DNA of 64,000 bases from Candidatus Eiseniibacteriota bacterium (GTDB lineage Bacteria; Joyebacterota; Joyebacteria; Joyebacterales; Joyebacteraceae): contig JBDRFG010000008.1 in NCBI GenBank assembly GCA_043819135.1, positions 29,004 to 93,003 of the forward strand, in the 5' to 3' direction. The notes under the pieces were generated by a model. That model was not told the origin of the DNA. It did not search any database and worked only from the letters and a program-made list of their open reading frames with translations. How positions within the stretch are numbered: position 1 is the stretch's first letter; each line of letters opens with the position of its first letter. The translations under genes and the position numbers were made by a program. Of the stretch, positions 1 through 10,365 are shown piece after piece.

Positions 1-2
1 CG

Positions 3-659
3 CTCGTGTCGTGGCTCACGCCGGGAACGGACCCCATACACAAGATCTCCATCATCCCGAGAGGCCACGCGCTCGGCATAACGCACTTCCTCCCGGTGGA
101 CGAGAGACACAACTTCGGCAAGCAGTACTGGCTGAACACGCTGACCAGCGCCCTCGGAGGACGGGCCGCCGAGAAACTCGCCCTCACTGATATCACTACG
201 GGCGCGGCACAGGACATCAGTTACGCAACGGAGATCGCCCGGCGGATGGTGTGCGAGTGGGGAATGAGCGAGGTGCTCGGGCCCGTGACCTTCGGGATGG
301 AAGACCACCAGATCTTCCTCGGTCGAGAAATGGGCAGGGTCAAGGACCACAGCGAAGCCACGGCCGTGCTGATCGACAAGGAGATCCGGGCACTGGTTGA
401 CGGGGCGAGCGACCGCGCCGAGAGGCTCCTGTCCGGCAACCTCGACAAGCTGAGCCTGCTGGCCGAGACTCTCCTGGAACGTGAGACGATTACCGGGGAC
501 GAGGTCAACGAGATGTTCAGTATCGCTACGAAGCTCGAGGGCGGCCCCGCTGAGGACGCCGGCGAGAAGACTCCTTCCTGCGACGAGAAGAACGAATCCG
601 ACGCGCAGGCGTCTGGTGAGCCCCCGTCGCCCAAAGACACCCAACCCCCGACAGAGTGA
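3..659 (+). CDS. ftsH: ATP-dependent zinc metalloprotease FtsH, C-terminal M41 part (5' end lies outside the window)
   Basis: KISIIPRGHALG, LGGRAAE, TTGAAQDI and MVCEWGMS..LGP motifs; ftsH-folP synteny. Confidence 0.95.
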   Translation, partial: LVSWLTPGTDPIHKISIIPRGHALGITHFLPVDERHNFGKQYWLNTLTSALGGRAAEKLALTDITTGAAQDISYATEIARRMVCEWGMSEVLGPVTFGMEDHQIFLGREMGRVKDHSEATAVLIDKEIRALVDGASDRAERLLSGNLDKLSLLAETLLERETITGDEVNEMFSIATKLEGGPAEDAGEKTPSCDEKNESDAQASGEPPSPKDTQPPTE

Positions 660-662
660 CCG

Positions 663-1880
663 ATGACCGACACTCTTTCCCCACGAGCACTGCTCATCAC
701 TTCACGTGAGGATGCCGCGCGCGAGATGCTGAAGATCGGCGTCTGCGAGGGCGGGGTCGACGCGATGGAAGGGAAGACGCGCACGCTGGTCGTGAAGGTC
801 ACCGACGCCTCCGTTCCGGCGGCTCACGTCCTCAAGCAGCAGATGCTGTCGCTGGGTGGCGACGCCGCCGTCGCCAAGGGTGTTATCACACACGCCGTCG
901 ACTCGACCGACGTTCTTATCATGGGAACGGCCCGGCAGATGCGCGACCTTACGCGGAAGCTGTCCTGGCAACCGTTCGGGCTTCCCGAGCTCGGGGAACA
1001 TATCTCATCGCTGCTCGACACGCTCGAAGGTCAGGGAGCGTCCGTACTGCGTGCCGGACCATACACGCTCGACCTGTCGGAGCGGGTTCACGTCATGGGC
1101 ATTCTGAACGTCACACCCGACTCCTTCTCGGATGGTGGCGACTACCTTCGCCCCACGGCGGCTCTTGAGCGGGCGCGCACCATGATCGAAGAGGGGGCCG
1201 ATATTATCGACGTCGGCGGACAGTCCAGCCGTCCGGGGTCGCAACCCGTGAGCGAGGACGAAGAGCTCGAGCGCGTGGTGCCCGTTATCCAGAAGCTGCG
1301 AGAGGAGTGGGACGGTCCTGTTTCGGTCGACACCTACCGCGCCCGCGTAGCAGAGCAGTCACTTGCGGCGGGTGCCTCCATCGTGAACGACATCACGGCC
1401 TTCACGGCGGAGCCTCGTATCGGCAAGGTGACCGCGGACGCCGGAGCCGCGGCGGTGCTGATGCACATGCGAGGGTCTCCCGCCACGATGCAGGAGAACC
1501 CGGTCTACACGGACCTAATGGGAGAAGTGGCTTTCTTTCTTCGCTCGGCCATCGAGCGCGCAACGTCGGCAGGAATCGCCGGTGACCAGATTGCCATTGA
1601 CCCGGGAATAGGATTCGGAAAGACTACGGAGCACAACCTGGCGATACTCAGGCGCCTGCCGGAACTGGCCGTCCTGGGCAAGCCCGTACTGGTCGGGCCG
1701 TCAAGGAAGAACTTCATAGGCAACGTCCTGGACCTGCCCGCGGGAGAACGCCTGGAGGGGACATTGGCCACGGCAGCATACGCCGTGGTGCAGGGAGCCA
1801 GGATCATACGAGTGCACGACGTCAGGCCGACCGTCCGCGTTACGCGGATGGTGGAGGCCTGCATTTCGTCGTCTGCATAG
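663..1880 (+). CDS. folP: Dihydropteroate synthase with ~135-aa N-terminal extension
   Basis: MGILNVTPDSFSDGG, IIDVGGQSSRPG, DPGIGFGK, SRK and RVHDV motifs. Confidence 0.95.
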   Translation: MTDTLSPRALLITSREDAAREMLKIGVCEGGVDAMEGKTRTLVVKVTDASVPAAHVLKQQMLSLGGDAAVAKGVITHAVDSTDVLIMGTARQMRDLTRKLSWQPFGLPELGEHISSLLDTLEGQGASVLRAGPYTLDLSERVHVMGILNVTPDSFSDGGDYLRPTAALERARTMIEEGADIIDVGGQSSRPGSQPVSEDEELERVVPVIQKLREEWDGPVSVDTYRARVAEQSLAAGASIVNDITAFTAEPRIGKVTADAGAAAVLMHMRGSPATMQENPVYTDLMGEVAFFLRSAIERATSAGIAGDQIAIDPGIGFGKTTEHNLAILRRLPELAVLGKPVLVGPSRKNFIGNVLDLPAGERLEGTLATAAYAVVQGARIIRVHDVRPTVRVTRMVEACISSSA

Positions 1881-1911
1881 CGGAGTGTAAGGACCGTCGG
1901 AGAGAAGAGCG

Positions 1912-2679
1912 ATGCCAAGCTGGAGAATCGTGATCGACTTCATCGACGTAGCGATCGTCGCGTTCATCGTGTACCAGCTGCTCCTCCTGCTGCGGGGACG
2001 GCGCGCGATGCAAATGCTGACCTCGCTGTTCGTGATCGTGATCATAGGATTCGGCGCGCGCTGGCTCCAATTCGACGCTCTGAACTGGCTCATGTCCGGC
2101 CTCAAGGGCATCTGGGCGGTCATCTTCGTAATTCTGTTCCAGGACGATCTCAGAAGACTGCTCGGCCAGGTCGGGCAGAGCCGCTTCCTGAGGCCGCTCG
2201 TCAAGCTCGAAGAGAGCGAGGCGATAGACGCCATCGTCGCCGCCGCCAAGACGATGTCCCAAAAGAGCACGGGTGCGCTGATGGTCATCGAACGTTCCGC
2301 GAGACTGATCAACTACTACCAGACCGGAGTACAGCTGAACGCGCCGGTCGTGTCCACTCTGTTGGAGTCGATCTTCACGCCGCTCACGCCACTCCACGAC
2401 GGAGCGGCCATCATCAACAGCAATCAGATCGTCGCCGCACGCTGCACGTTGCCACTGTCCCAGAATCCTTACTTCGTCCACACCCTCGGCACGCGCCACC
2501 GCGCGGCGGTTGGGCTGACGGAAGAGACCGACGCTCTTGTCGTCGTGGTCTCGGAGGAGACTGGAGAGATATCGCTCGCCCTCGCGGGGCAGATCTCCAG
2601 AGGGCTCTCTCCCGGCGCGCTGAAGGAAAGACTCGTGCAGCTCCTGGGACCTGAGAAGGCTGAAGGAACAGGAAACTAG
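1912..2679 (+). CDS. cdaA: Diadenylate cyclase CdaA/DacA
   Basis: Three N-terminal TM helices; PLHDGA, GTRHRAA and VVSEETG motifs. Confidence 0.93.
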   Translation: MPSWRIVIDFIDVAIVAFIVYQLLLLLRGRRAMQMLTSLFVIVIIGFGARWLQFDALNWLMSGLKGIWAVIFVILFQDDLRRLLGQVGQSRFLRPLVKLEESEAIDAIVAAAKTMSQKSTGALMVIERSARLINYYQTGVQLNAPVVSTLLESIFTPLTPLHDGAAIINSNQIVAARCTLPLSQNPYFVHTLGTRHRAAVGLTEETDALVVVVSEETGEISLALAGQISRGLSPGALKERLVQLLGPEKAEGTGN

Positions 2680-2689
2680 AGGAGACCTG

Positions 2690-5377
2690 ATGTACGACCA
2701 CGAGAGAACGAATCGCATCGTCGGATGGGCGCTCGGCGCGTTCGCGCTGATCATGTATCTCATGACCACCGCGCCGGTCGTAGCGTTCTGGGACAACGGA
2801 GAGTTCATCGCCGTCGGGTACACATTGGGTGTCGGGCATCCGCCGGGGTCTCCTGTCTACACACTGATCTCCAGGTTGTTCTCCGTGTTGCCGTTCCCCA
2901 ATCCCGCCCAGGCGGTCAACTTCCAGTCGGTGCTCCTGGGCGCGCTCTCGCTTGCCTTCCTCTACCTGGCCATCGCCAAAATGGCCAAACGGTGGGAGGG
3001 CAAGGTGCAGAGCTTTTCTGACGGACTCCCCACCTACGTCGCGGGGATCACGGCCTGCATCTTCGCCGGGTTCTCGTTCAGTTTCTGGGAGAACGCTCTG
3101 GAGGCGGAGGTCTACGCCACCAACATGCTGGTGATGACGTCGTCGCTCTGGCTGATCATGAGGTGGTCGGAGATCCGCGAGACGCCGAGGGACACGAGGT
3201 ATCTGTACCTGATCATGTACCTGTTGTCCCTCGGGATCGGTATCCACATGGGTTGTCTCCTGTGGGCGCCGGGCATCCTGCTCTTCATGATCTTCTTCGA
3301 GAGAAACTACCTGGGGGTCATCTTCCTCGGTCTGCCGCTGCTCATGGGCTTCGTGCTTCTCTCGAAGGGCATGGACTGGTACAGGGGACCGCTCGGGCTG
3401 TGGCTGATGTGGGCCGCCGTGACGGTCTTCTATGCGACACCAGCGCTCTGGCCCGACCAGCCGAGGGTCAAGGGCAAGCGCGTTAAGGCGCAGAGGGCGC
3501 ATCCTGCCGTCATGCCATCCTGGCTGACGATGGGCCTGGCCATCGTGGGCGTCATTCTGCTTTTCGCCACCATGTCGGGGCACGGGGGCGGCGCGGGCGC
3601 GTGGTTCCTGGGCGCCGCAGCCGTGTCGGCGGGCGCCATCTTCCTTTTCGTCCGGATGCTTCGCAAGGGCACCATCGACAGGCCGGAGATCCCCGCGAGA
3701 CTGGTCCTTGGGACGGTCGCCCTGGCGGTCGTGGCCCTGTCGGTGCATGCCTATCTCCTGATAAGGGCGCGCCTCAATCCCGCTATCAATGAGTCCGACC
3801 CGGACACCTGGGGCGCCGTCCTCGATGTGATGAGGCGAAAGCAGTACGAGCCGATGAGGTTCTTCCCACGACGGACCCCGTTCGCCAACCAGTTCAAGAT
3901 TCTCTGGGGATACTACCGCATCCAGTTCCCGGTGTTCCCTCGTGAGCTGTGGTTCGCATCCGTACCGCCATTCCTCTTGGCGATCTGGGGCGCCATCGCA
4001 CATCTGAAACGCGACAGACGGACGGCGGCGATGATGCTCGTCGGTTTCGCGGTCGCTTCCGTGGGACTTCTTTTCTACCTCAATATCTCCGATAACGAGG
4101 TGAGGAGCCGCGAATACTTCTGGGTGCCGTCCTACTTGGGCCTGGCCATCTGGATGGGAATCGGATCTGGCGCAATCGTCAGATGGGCCGGGAAAATGGA
4201 GACCCTCTACCGGAACGTCATCATCGGGGCGCTTCTACTGCTGGCGGTCATGCCCATCGTCATGCAGTTCCACATCATGGACAGAAGCGAGAACAAGGTC
4301 GCGTATTACTACGGCTGGAACATGATCAACTTCCTCGAAGAAGACGCGATCATAATCACGAACGGAGACAACGACACGTTCCCGCTGTGGTACCTCCAGC
4401 AGGTCGAAGCCATTCGCACGGACGTCGACATCGTCAATCTCTCGCTCATACAGATCAACTGGTACATCGAACAGCTGAAGGACCGCGGCGTGCCGATGAG
4501 CTTCACGTACGACGAGATCGACAGAATGACACCCTATTGGACGCGCGACGCCGACACCGGCGAGCTCACGCTGATCACGCTGAAAGACATCACGCTCCAT
4601 GACATCTTCCGGGTGAACGACTGGAAGAGACCCATCTATTTCGCTGTCACCGTCAGCGACTTCATGGGCTACTACGACAGCCTCGAGCTCGAGGGGATGG
4701 TGTTCCGCCTCAGGCCTGACGCGGGCCGCCACATGATCAACGTAGAGAAGACGTACGAGAACTGCTTCGAGAACTACCGATACGACAGCCTGGTCGATGT
4801 CGAGGACGGCTGGAGGGTGATGGATGAGATCTACAAGCCGCAGACCACAACGCGACTGGTTACCAACTATGCGGCCGGATTCTCTCGCCTGGGGTTCAAG
4901 GCGATGCAGTCTCCTCCGATCGACGCGGAAGAGGCCGTCCGCCTCTACAACATCGCGCTGAAGTTCGCCCCGGACTACGGGCCGGCGCTGAACGGCCTCA
5001 TCGCCATCTACGCGGTGCACTTGAGGCAGCCCGAGAAGGCTCTCCCGCTCGCCGAGAGGCTGCTTGAGGCCCAACCCGAGAGGATCGAGACCTGGGTACG
5101 CTACGGCTGGGTTCATCTGATGATCGGAGAGCGGATCGAGAGGAGCGGCGACAGCGCGGGTGCGCTGCCGCACTTCGAGGAATCCGTGCGGGCCTACGAG
5201 CACACCCTGAGCCAGGAGCCGGAGAGGAGTGAGCTCTACGCTCCTCTTCTTTCGATGTATCAGAAGCTCGACAGGACCAGAGAGCTGAACAGCTTGCTCG
5301 ACCTGTGGGGCCGGTACGCGCCCGAGGAGCTTCAGGCCCTGATGGAATCCGGCGCCGGGCAGCGGACCACGCCGTAG
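2690..5377 (+). CDS. DUF2723 (TMEM260-like, GT-C fold) membrane protein with C-terminal TPR-like repeats
   Basis: FWDNGEF, GHPPGSP, EAEVY and NGDNDTFPLWYLQ motifs; many TM helices; helical repeat C-terminus. Confidence 0.85.
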   Translation: MYDHERTNRIVGWALGAFALIMYLMTTAPVVAFWDNGEFIAVGYTLGVGHPPGSPVYTLISRLFSVLPFPNPAQAVNFQSVLLGALSLAFLYLAIAKMAKRWEGKVQSFSDGLPTYVAGITACIFAGFSFSFWENALEAEVYATNMLVMTSSLWLIMRWSEIRETPRDTRYLYLIMYLLSLGIGIHMGCLLWAPGILLFMIFFERNYLGVIFLGLPLLMGFVLLSKGMDWYRGPLGLWLMWAAVTVFYATPALWPDQPRVKGKRVKAQRAHPAVMPSWLTMGLAIVGVILLFATMSGHGGGAGAWFLGAAAVSAGAIFLFVRMLRKGTIDRPEIPARLVLGTVALAVVALSVHAYLLIRARLNPAINESDPDTWGAVLDVMRRKQYEPMRFFPRRTPFANQFKILWGYYRIQFPVFPRELWFASVPPFLLAIWGAIAHLKRDRRTAAMMLVGFAVASVGLLFYLNISDNEVRSREYFWVPSYLGLAIWMGIGSGAIVRWAGKMETLYRNVIIGALLLLAVMPIVMQFHIMDRSENKVAYYYGWNMINFLEEDAIIITNGDNDTFPLWYLQQVEAIRTDVDIVNLSLIQINWYIEQLKDRGVPMSFTYDEIDRMTPYWTRDADTGELTLITLKDITLHDIFRVNDWKRPIYFAVTVSDFMGYYDSLELEGMVFRLRPDAGRHMINVEKTYENCFENYRYDSLVDVEDGWRVMDEIYKPQTTTRLVTNYAAGFSRLGFKAMQSPPIDAEEAVRLYNIALKFAPDYGPALNGLIAIYAVHLRQPEKALPLAERLLEAQPERIETWVRYGWVHLMIGERIERSGDSAGALPHFEESVRAYEHTLSQEPERSELYAPLLSMYQKLDRTRELNSLLDLWGRYAPEELQALMESGAGQRTTP

Positions 5378-5447
5378 CCCTCCGAGCATTCCGGCCCGGT
5401 GTGCGAAGCCTCTCGCTGCATCGGCGGCACGACGAACACGAATGAAA

Positions 5448-8093
5448 CTAGCCGCGGAGGATGGCCATGGCCGGCCCGTCCTCCGCGGTCAGGTACTGGC
5501 GAGCGACACGGATGACGTCACCGCCGGTGATTCCCCTCACCATCGCTGGAAGCCTGTCGATGTGTTCGTATCCGACACCCGCGACCTCGGCCAGGATGTA
5601 GCTCGCGGCCCGCGCGGCGCCCCTCTGCATGGATATCTCGAGCATCCCGGCCAGATGGCGCCGCCCTCTTTCGAGCTCGTCCTCTGAGAGCCCGTCCCGC
5701 GAGAGTTTCGAGAACTCGGAGACGAACGTGCGGACCGCGGCCTCTTCCTGGCCGGACTGCGTTGTCACGTAGCCAACGAGCGCGCCCCCTTCACGAAGAG
5801 CCACTGGCATGGCTCTCACGCTGTACGCGAAGGGCGGCCGTTCCCGGAGTTCCCTCCAGAGCCTCCCTCCCATCATCGTCAGCGCGCCGGACACGACGTG
5901 CATCGCGGCCGAGTCCCGCGTTCCCATTCGAGGGCCCTGGAAGCCTACGGCCACCGACGACTGCCCCTTCCGATCGAGTCGCTCATCAATCTGACCAGCG
6001 GGCGGCGGCGGCGCCCGAAGCTCTCCAAGAGACTCCGCGGAGGACGGCAGGTCCTCGAGAGCCCGCTCGAGTTCATGTGCGGCTCGGTCTATGGACACGT
6101 CGCCCGTCATGCACACGTAGAGGTTCCGAGCCGAAAATCGCTCCGAGTGCCACTCCGCCGTGCGCTCAGAAGACATACGGGACAGTGTCTCCGTTGTCCC
6201 GGCGATCGGGCGACCGTAGGGATGGCCCGGGAAGAGCAACGGTACCAGGCGGAGCATCGTTCTGTTGAAGGGATGGTCCTCGGCTTCGCCCAGTTCGGCA
6301 AGCGCTTCCGCTCGGACGCCCTCGAAATCGCCGGCGTCGAACACAGGAAGACACACGGCCTCACAAAGAACGTCCAAAGCCTCATCCAGGTGTTTCGACA
6401 GGACGCTGGCGCCGACGCCGAAACCGTCACGGTCGACCGAGACGGAGATGGCGCTTCCCAATCCCTCAATGTCGTCGGCGAGCAACGACGCCGACCGCGT
6501 GACCGTTCCTCTGAGCATGTGCTTGAGAGTGAGGTTGGTGACTCCAAGCAGAGCGTCGGGCTCGTCCGCGAACCCGCCCCTGAACGCAAGCGCCACGGAG
6601 ACGAGGGGGACGTACGCCGACTCCCTTACGATCAGTGTCGCCCCGTTCGACAGCGTCCGTCTCCCGCAGGCGGCAGACGCGGTCTCGCGCGCGATGAGGG
6701 GCCTCGTGAACTCCTCTTCCGCACTCCAGGAACTCCACCGCTCCCTCAGCGCGGAGCCTATTGCCGAGCGGCTCCCCGATTGAGCAGCCGACACCAACGC
6801 ACTCGAGCCGTCATGCACCGCACGGCTTCCCTCCGGCACGTAGGCCAGCATCGCCGCCGCGTCTACGTTCAGATACGTGTTCGCCGCTCGCTTCACGTCG
6901 TCGGCCGTCACGGCCGCAAGCCGGTCGATGTACTCCTCGGCGTACCTGTGGCCTCCCATCGTCTCGAAGAAGCCCAGTGTCATCGCGGCGGACTCGACGG
7001 TCTCGTGCTCCAGAACGTAGCCAGCCTCAAGCCTCCTGACGCTCTTGCGCATCTCTTCGACAGCCACCGGGGTGTCTCGCAGACGCCCGATCTCACTGAA
7101 GAGCCCCTCGACGATCGCCGGTGGTGAAGCGTCGAGCGTACCGACGGCGCTCACGGCGACCACTCCGACGTCGCGATGCGCCACCACTGACGCACTTATG
7201 TCGGACACAAGGCCAGCCTTTGTCTGGAGGGACTTCCTGAGACGGGAGCTTCGTCCGAGGCCCAGCAGGCTGCAGAGCACATCGAGAACCGGCATGTCCG
7301 GGTCGCAAACCGGGGGAGCCGGAAAGCCGACTATCAGGTAGGGCTGGCGCAGGTTCCCGCTCACTACGGAAGACCAAGGAGTCCACTCCGGAGCACGCGT
7401 CGGGGGCGAGGACACGTCTTGCCGACCTTCGGCGCGCGCGTCGGCCCCGCGATCAGCACCGGCGTCCCCGCCTCGCCCGAGGAACTCTCGCGCCTGCGCG
7501 ATAACCTCGTTCCCGTCCACGTCCCCCACCACGACCTGAACCATGTTTGTAGGCTCATACCACCGGTCGAAATGGCCGGCAAGGGCGCGGCCGTCGATGC
7601 CGGAGAGCGTCTCCTCGGTTCCCGTGATGCTGCGCCCATATCCGCTGTCTCGGAAGACCATCTCCGTCAGGCGGCGCCACGCGAACACCGGCGGATTGAG
7701 TTCGGACATGCGCGTTTCCTCGACGATAACCGACCGCTCGGCATCGACGGAGGCTTCATCGAAGACTGGCGAGCCGAGCATCTCGGCCTGTGCCTCGAGG
7801 ACCGCTGCCCAGTGGAGCGCCGGCACTACCTGGTAGAACGCGGTGTGATCGCACCCCGTCCTCGCGTTGAGATAGCCTCCGGCGTCCTGGACCGTGCGGG
7901 CGAGCGGGCCGCGAGGGTCGTCTTCGCTGCCCTTCAGGAGCATGTGTTCGAGGAAGTGAGACACACCCGAGAGAAGCGCAGGCTCGTCGGAAGAACCGGT
8001 GCCGACCCACAGATTCAGGGCGACGACCGGTGCGACGTGCACCTCGTCTACCAGGAGGGTCATTCCGTTCGGGAGGAGTACGCTCCGGACCAT
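5448..8093 (-). CDS. M16 (insulinase/pitrilysin) family zinc protease
   Basis: Inverted zincin motif HFLEH; GGYLNART; a second, inactive M16 half (LSNGATLIV, HPYGRP). Confidence 0.9.
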   Translation of the reverse strand: MVRSVLLPNGMTLLVDEVHVAPVVALNLWVGTGSSDEPALLSGVSHFLEHMLLKGSEDDPRGPLARTVQDAGGYLNARTGCDHTAFYQVVPALHWAAVLEAQAEMLGSPVFDEASVDAERSVIVEETRMSELNPPVFAWRRLTEMVFRDSGYGRSITGTEETLSGIDGRALAGHFDRWYEPTNMVQVVVGDVDGNEVIAQAREFLGRGGDAGADRGADARAEGRQDVSSPPTRAPEWTPWSSVVSGNLRQPYLIVGFPAPPVCDPDMPVLDVLCSLLGLGRSSRLRKSLQTKAGLVSDISASVVAHRDVGVVAVSAVGTLDASPPAIVEGLFSEIGRLRDTPVAVEEMRKSVRRLEAGYVLEHETVESAAMTLGFFETMGGHRYAEEYIDRLAAVTADDVKRAANTYLNVDAAAMLAYVPEGSRAVHDGSSALVSAAQSGSRSAIGSALRERWSSWSAEEEFTRPLIARETASAACGRRTLSNGATLIVRESAYVPLVSVALAFRGGFADEPDALLGVTNLTLKHMLRGTVTRSASLLADDIEGLGSAISVSVDRDGFGVGASVLSKHLDEALDVLCEAVCLPVFDAGDFEGVRAEALAELGEAEDHPFNRTMLRLVPLLFPGHPYGRPIAGTTETLSRMSSERTAEWHSERFSARNLYVCMTGDVSIDRAAHELERALEDLPSSAESLGELRAPPPPAGQIDERLDRKGQSSVAVGFQGPRMGTRDSAAMHVVSGALTMMGGRLWRELRERPPFAYSVRAMPVALREGGALVGYVTTQSGQEEAAVRTFVSEFSKLSRDGLSEDELERGRRHLAGMLEISMQRGAARAASYILAEVAGVGYEHIDRLPAMVRGITGGDVIRVARQYLTAEDGPAMAILRG

Positions 8094-8190
8094 AGTGCCT
8101 TCCGATGAATCGGGCCTGATCAGCGGGCCATCCGCTGACCAGCCCGTCGCGGGCAGTGGGACTGCTCGGACCGGTCCCGACGGGCCGGCT

Positions 8191-9819
8191 CTACAACTCC
8201 CGGAAGCCCAGCGTCGTCTCCACGAGTGCGGGCTGGATGCTGCCCGTGTCCAGGAGCTCGTCGTGGAACGTCTTGAGATCGAACGCGGCTCCGGCGCGGG
8301 CCTCGTACCGCTCCCGTATGCTCAGGATGGCCAGCTTTCCCACGAGATAGCTCGAAGGCTGAGTTGGGTTGCCGGTGTAGCGCTTGACCTCCGCCGTTGC
8401 GTTGATCCTCTCGAGCCCGACCTCGGATATCATGAACTCGATCGCGTCGTCCACGGACATCTCTCCAAGCTGAAGTCCGACGTCCACGACCACGCGGGCG
8501 GCGCGCCACCGCGTCTCCTTCAACTGGCCGAGGCGCGTTCGGGCATCGGTGTAGAAGCCGGCGTCCTTCATCATCTCTTCGCAGTAGAGCGCCCACCCCT
8601 CGATGAAGACCGTGTTCCAGAGGAGCTTGCGAACCTTGCGGTGATTGAGATTCGAGCGGACCAGCTGAAGGTGGTGACCCGGATACGCCTCGTGAAGCGC
8701 TATGACGGGGATCGTGTGGACGCTGTGCCCCCTGAGCTGCTTCTCCTGGTCCTCCGGTGACAGGCTCTCGTCCGCGGGAGTGACATAGAAGAGCCCCCTC
8801 TGCTTCTTCTCGAAGGGACCCGCCGGATGATAAGCCGCGTACGGGAGGATCTTCCTCAGGAAGACGGGCGTGTCGATGACCTCGAGTTCCTCGTCATCGG
8901 GAATGGTGACAAGATCGTGCTCGAGGACGAAGTCTCTGGCCCTGGCCATCTCTGAGGCGTAGTGCTGTCTCAGACTCGCCGCGGGCGGGTGGTCGGACTT
9001 GAGATCGTCCATGATCTCACTCGTGGTTCTGTCTGCGTCAATCTCGCGCGCCACATCTTCCATATTCTTCGTGGTTTCGACGAGCATGCGCCTGCCAAGG
9101 TCTCGTAACTCGGCACTGTCCATGTCAAGCATGTGATACTCGCGGGCGAGCCACTCGTAGCGCTCACGACCGACGTGGAAGGGCACCTCCGACTTCTCCG
9201 CCAGCCCTTCGAGATAGCCCGCGGCACCTTCGAAGGCCTCCCCGGCCGCGCCGCCTGCGCCCGCGAGTTCCGCTCGAAGCTGCGGCACCTCCTCTCCGAT
9301 GCCCGGGATGACCGCTTTGACGAACCCCACTCCGCCTCTGGCGATCTCGGCTCCAACCGTCGCGAAGACCGCCGGAGACTCCTTGATGTTCTCCCGCATC
9401 GCGTCGAGGACGTCGGGGATCTGCTTGAGTCTGCCGAGGAGCGAGCGTGCGCGGTCCGGCAGCGGAGCGAAGTCACCGAGGACGAGTTCGTTGCATCCGG
9501 ACAGCGCGGTACCAACATACTCATAGGGCTTGAGCTCGTGCGTGCGCAGTTGCTCGTACTCGAACACCGCGAGCCTCAGCGAAGCCCGCAATGCTGCCGC
9601 GTCGACTCTGACCTCGACGGACTCGCCCTCCAGGGACAGGGCCGAAAGGTCCCGGAGCAGCGACTTCAGGTGGTCGTTCTTCTCCTGCTGCGCGTCCACC
9701 CCGAACTCGCCAAGCTCGCCGTCGCGGTCGTGGACTCCGAGGAACGTTGCCATGACCGGGTAGTCGACGAGCAGAGTGCTCACATAGTCTTCGACGATCT
9801 TGTCGAATCCAACGCTCAT
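8191..9819 (-). CDS. DUF885 family protein (putative metallopeptidase), no signal peptide
   Basis: HEAYPGHHLQ, EGWALYCE, EVKRY..PTQPSSYLVGK and FHDELL motifs; AGGAGG before ATG 9819. Confidence 0.88.
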   Translation of the reverse strand: MSVGFDKIVEDYVSTLLVDYPVMATFLGVHDRDGELGEFGVDAQQEKNDHLKSLLRDLSALSLEGESVEVRVDAAALRASLRLAVFEYEQLRTHELKPYEYVGTALSGCNELVLGDFAPLPDRARSLLGRLKQIPDVLDAMRENIKESPAVFATVGAEIARGGVGFVKAVIPGIGEEVPQLRAELAGAGGAAGEAFEGAAGYLEGLAEKSEVPFHVGRERYEWLAREYHMLDMDSAELRDLGRRMLVETTKNMEDVAREIDADRTTSEIMDDLKSDHPPAASLRQHYASEMARARDFVLEHDLVTIPDDEELEVIDTPVFLRKILPYAAYHPAGPFEKKQRGLFYVTPADESLSPEDQEKQLRGHSVHTIPVIALHEAYPGHHLQLVRSNLNHRKVRKLLWNTVFIEGWALYCEEMMKDAGFYTDARTRLGQLKETRWRAARVVVDVGLQLGEMSVDDAIEFMISEVGLERINATAEVKRYTGNPTQPSSYLVGKLAILSIRERYEARAGAAFDLKTFHDELLDTGSIQPALVETTLGFREL

Positions 9820-9903
9820 TGGTCCTCCTGTGTCATTCCCGATGATGGCCGTCACGGCGAAGTGTCGGTCGCATCCGGATTGTCACACAGCAGGAATGAG
9901 CGC

Positions 9904-10365
9904 TCAAGGTGATTCGCTGCGGCCCGGCCGTGTGCCGCCGCAGGAGCGGTGATAGACGCCCGCTCCCAGACCGAGCATCATCGCGCATTCGGCGAGACTC
10001 CCGGCAAGTGAGTGCAGCAACCGTCGACGCACGGGGGAGCACACGACGGGGAACGATGCGCTCCTGTGTCCTCCCGCTGAGGCCGCGTACATCAGGATAC
10101 CCATGGCACCGCATGCCCGCTCGCACGCCGTGTCGCGGCTCGCGCACATATCCCGCCCGGTGAGTCCGGAGTTACGGGAGCCAACCGGCTCCACCTCGAA
10201 GCAAAGACCGCCGACGAGAAAAGAGTTGAGTCTTGCCAGGTCATCAGGATCGACGGTGACTCCGCCGGTGTGGTCACCGTGGCCCGAGGACAGAGCCCGT
10301 ACCCTCCGGTCGGGAGTCCTCCGTGCCGCTGTTGCCCGCGTCACTGCCTGTCCGCTCGCCTCCAC
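9904..10365 (-). CDS. Hypothetical Cys-rich protein
   Basis: 153-codon ORF filling an otherwise empty gap downstream of a sigma54 motif; no recognisable family; start uncertain. Confidence 0.4.
   Translation of the reverse strand: MEASGQAVTRATAARRTPDRRVRALSSGHGDHTGGVTVDPDDLARLNSFLVGGLCFEVEPVGSRNSGLTGRDMCASRDTACERACGAMGILMYAASAGGHRSASFPVVCSPVRRRLLHSLAGSLAECAMMLGLGAGVYHRSCGGTRPGRSESP

Noticed and set aside
657-665. In-frame TGA junctions ftsH/folP and HAD/site-2 protease (54298)
   Set aside because: Both partners are complete, unrelated proteins; in-frame adjacency is expected by chance
2414-5389. Long antisense ORFs over DUF2723 (529 and 384 aa), and similar ones at 21018-22889, 26347-28242, 32968-34599 and 62424-63992
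   Set aside because: Each overlaps a well-supported gene on the opposite strand and has Arg/His/Gly-rich non-protein-like composition
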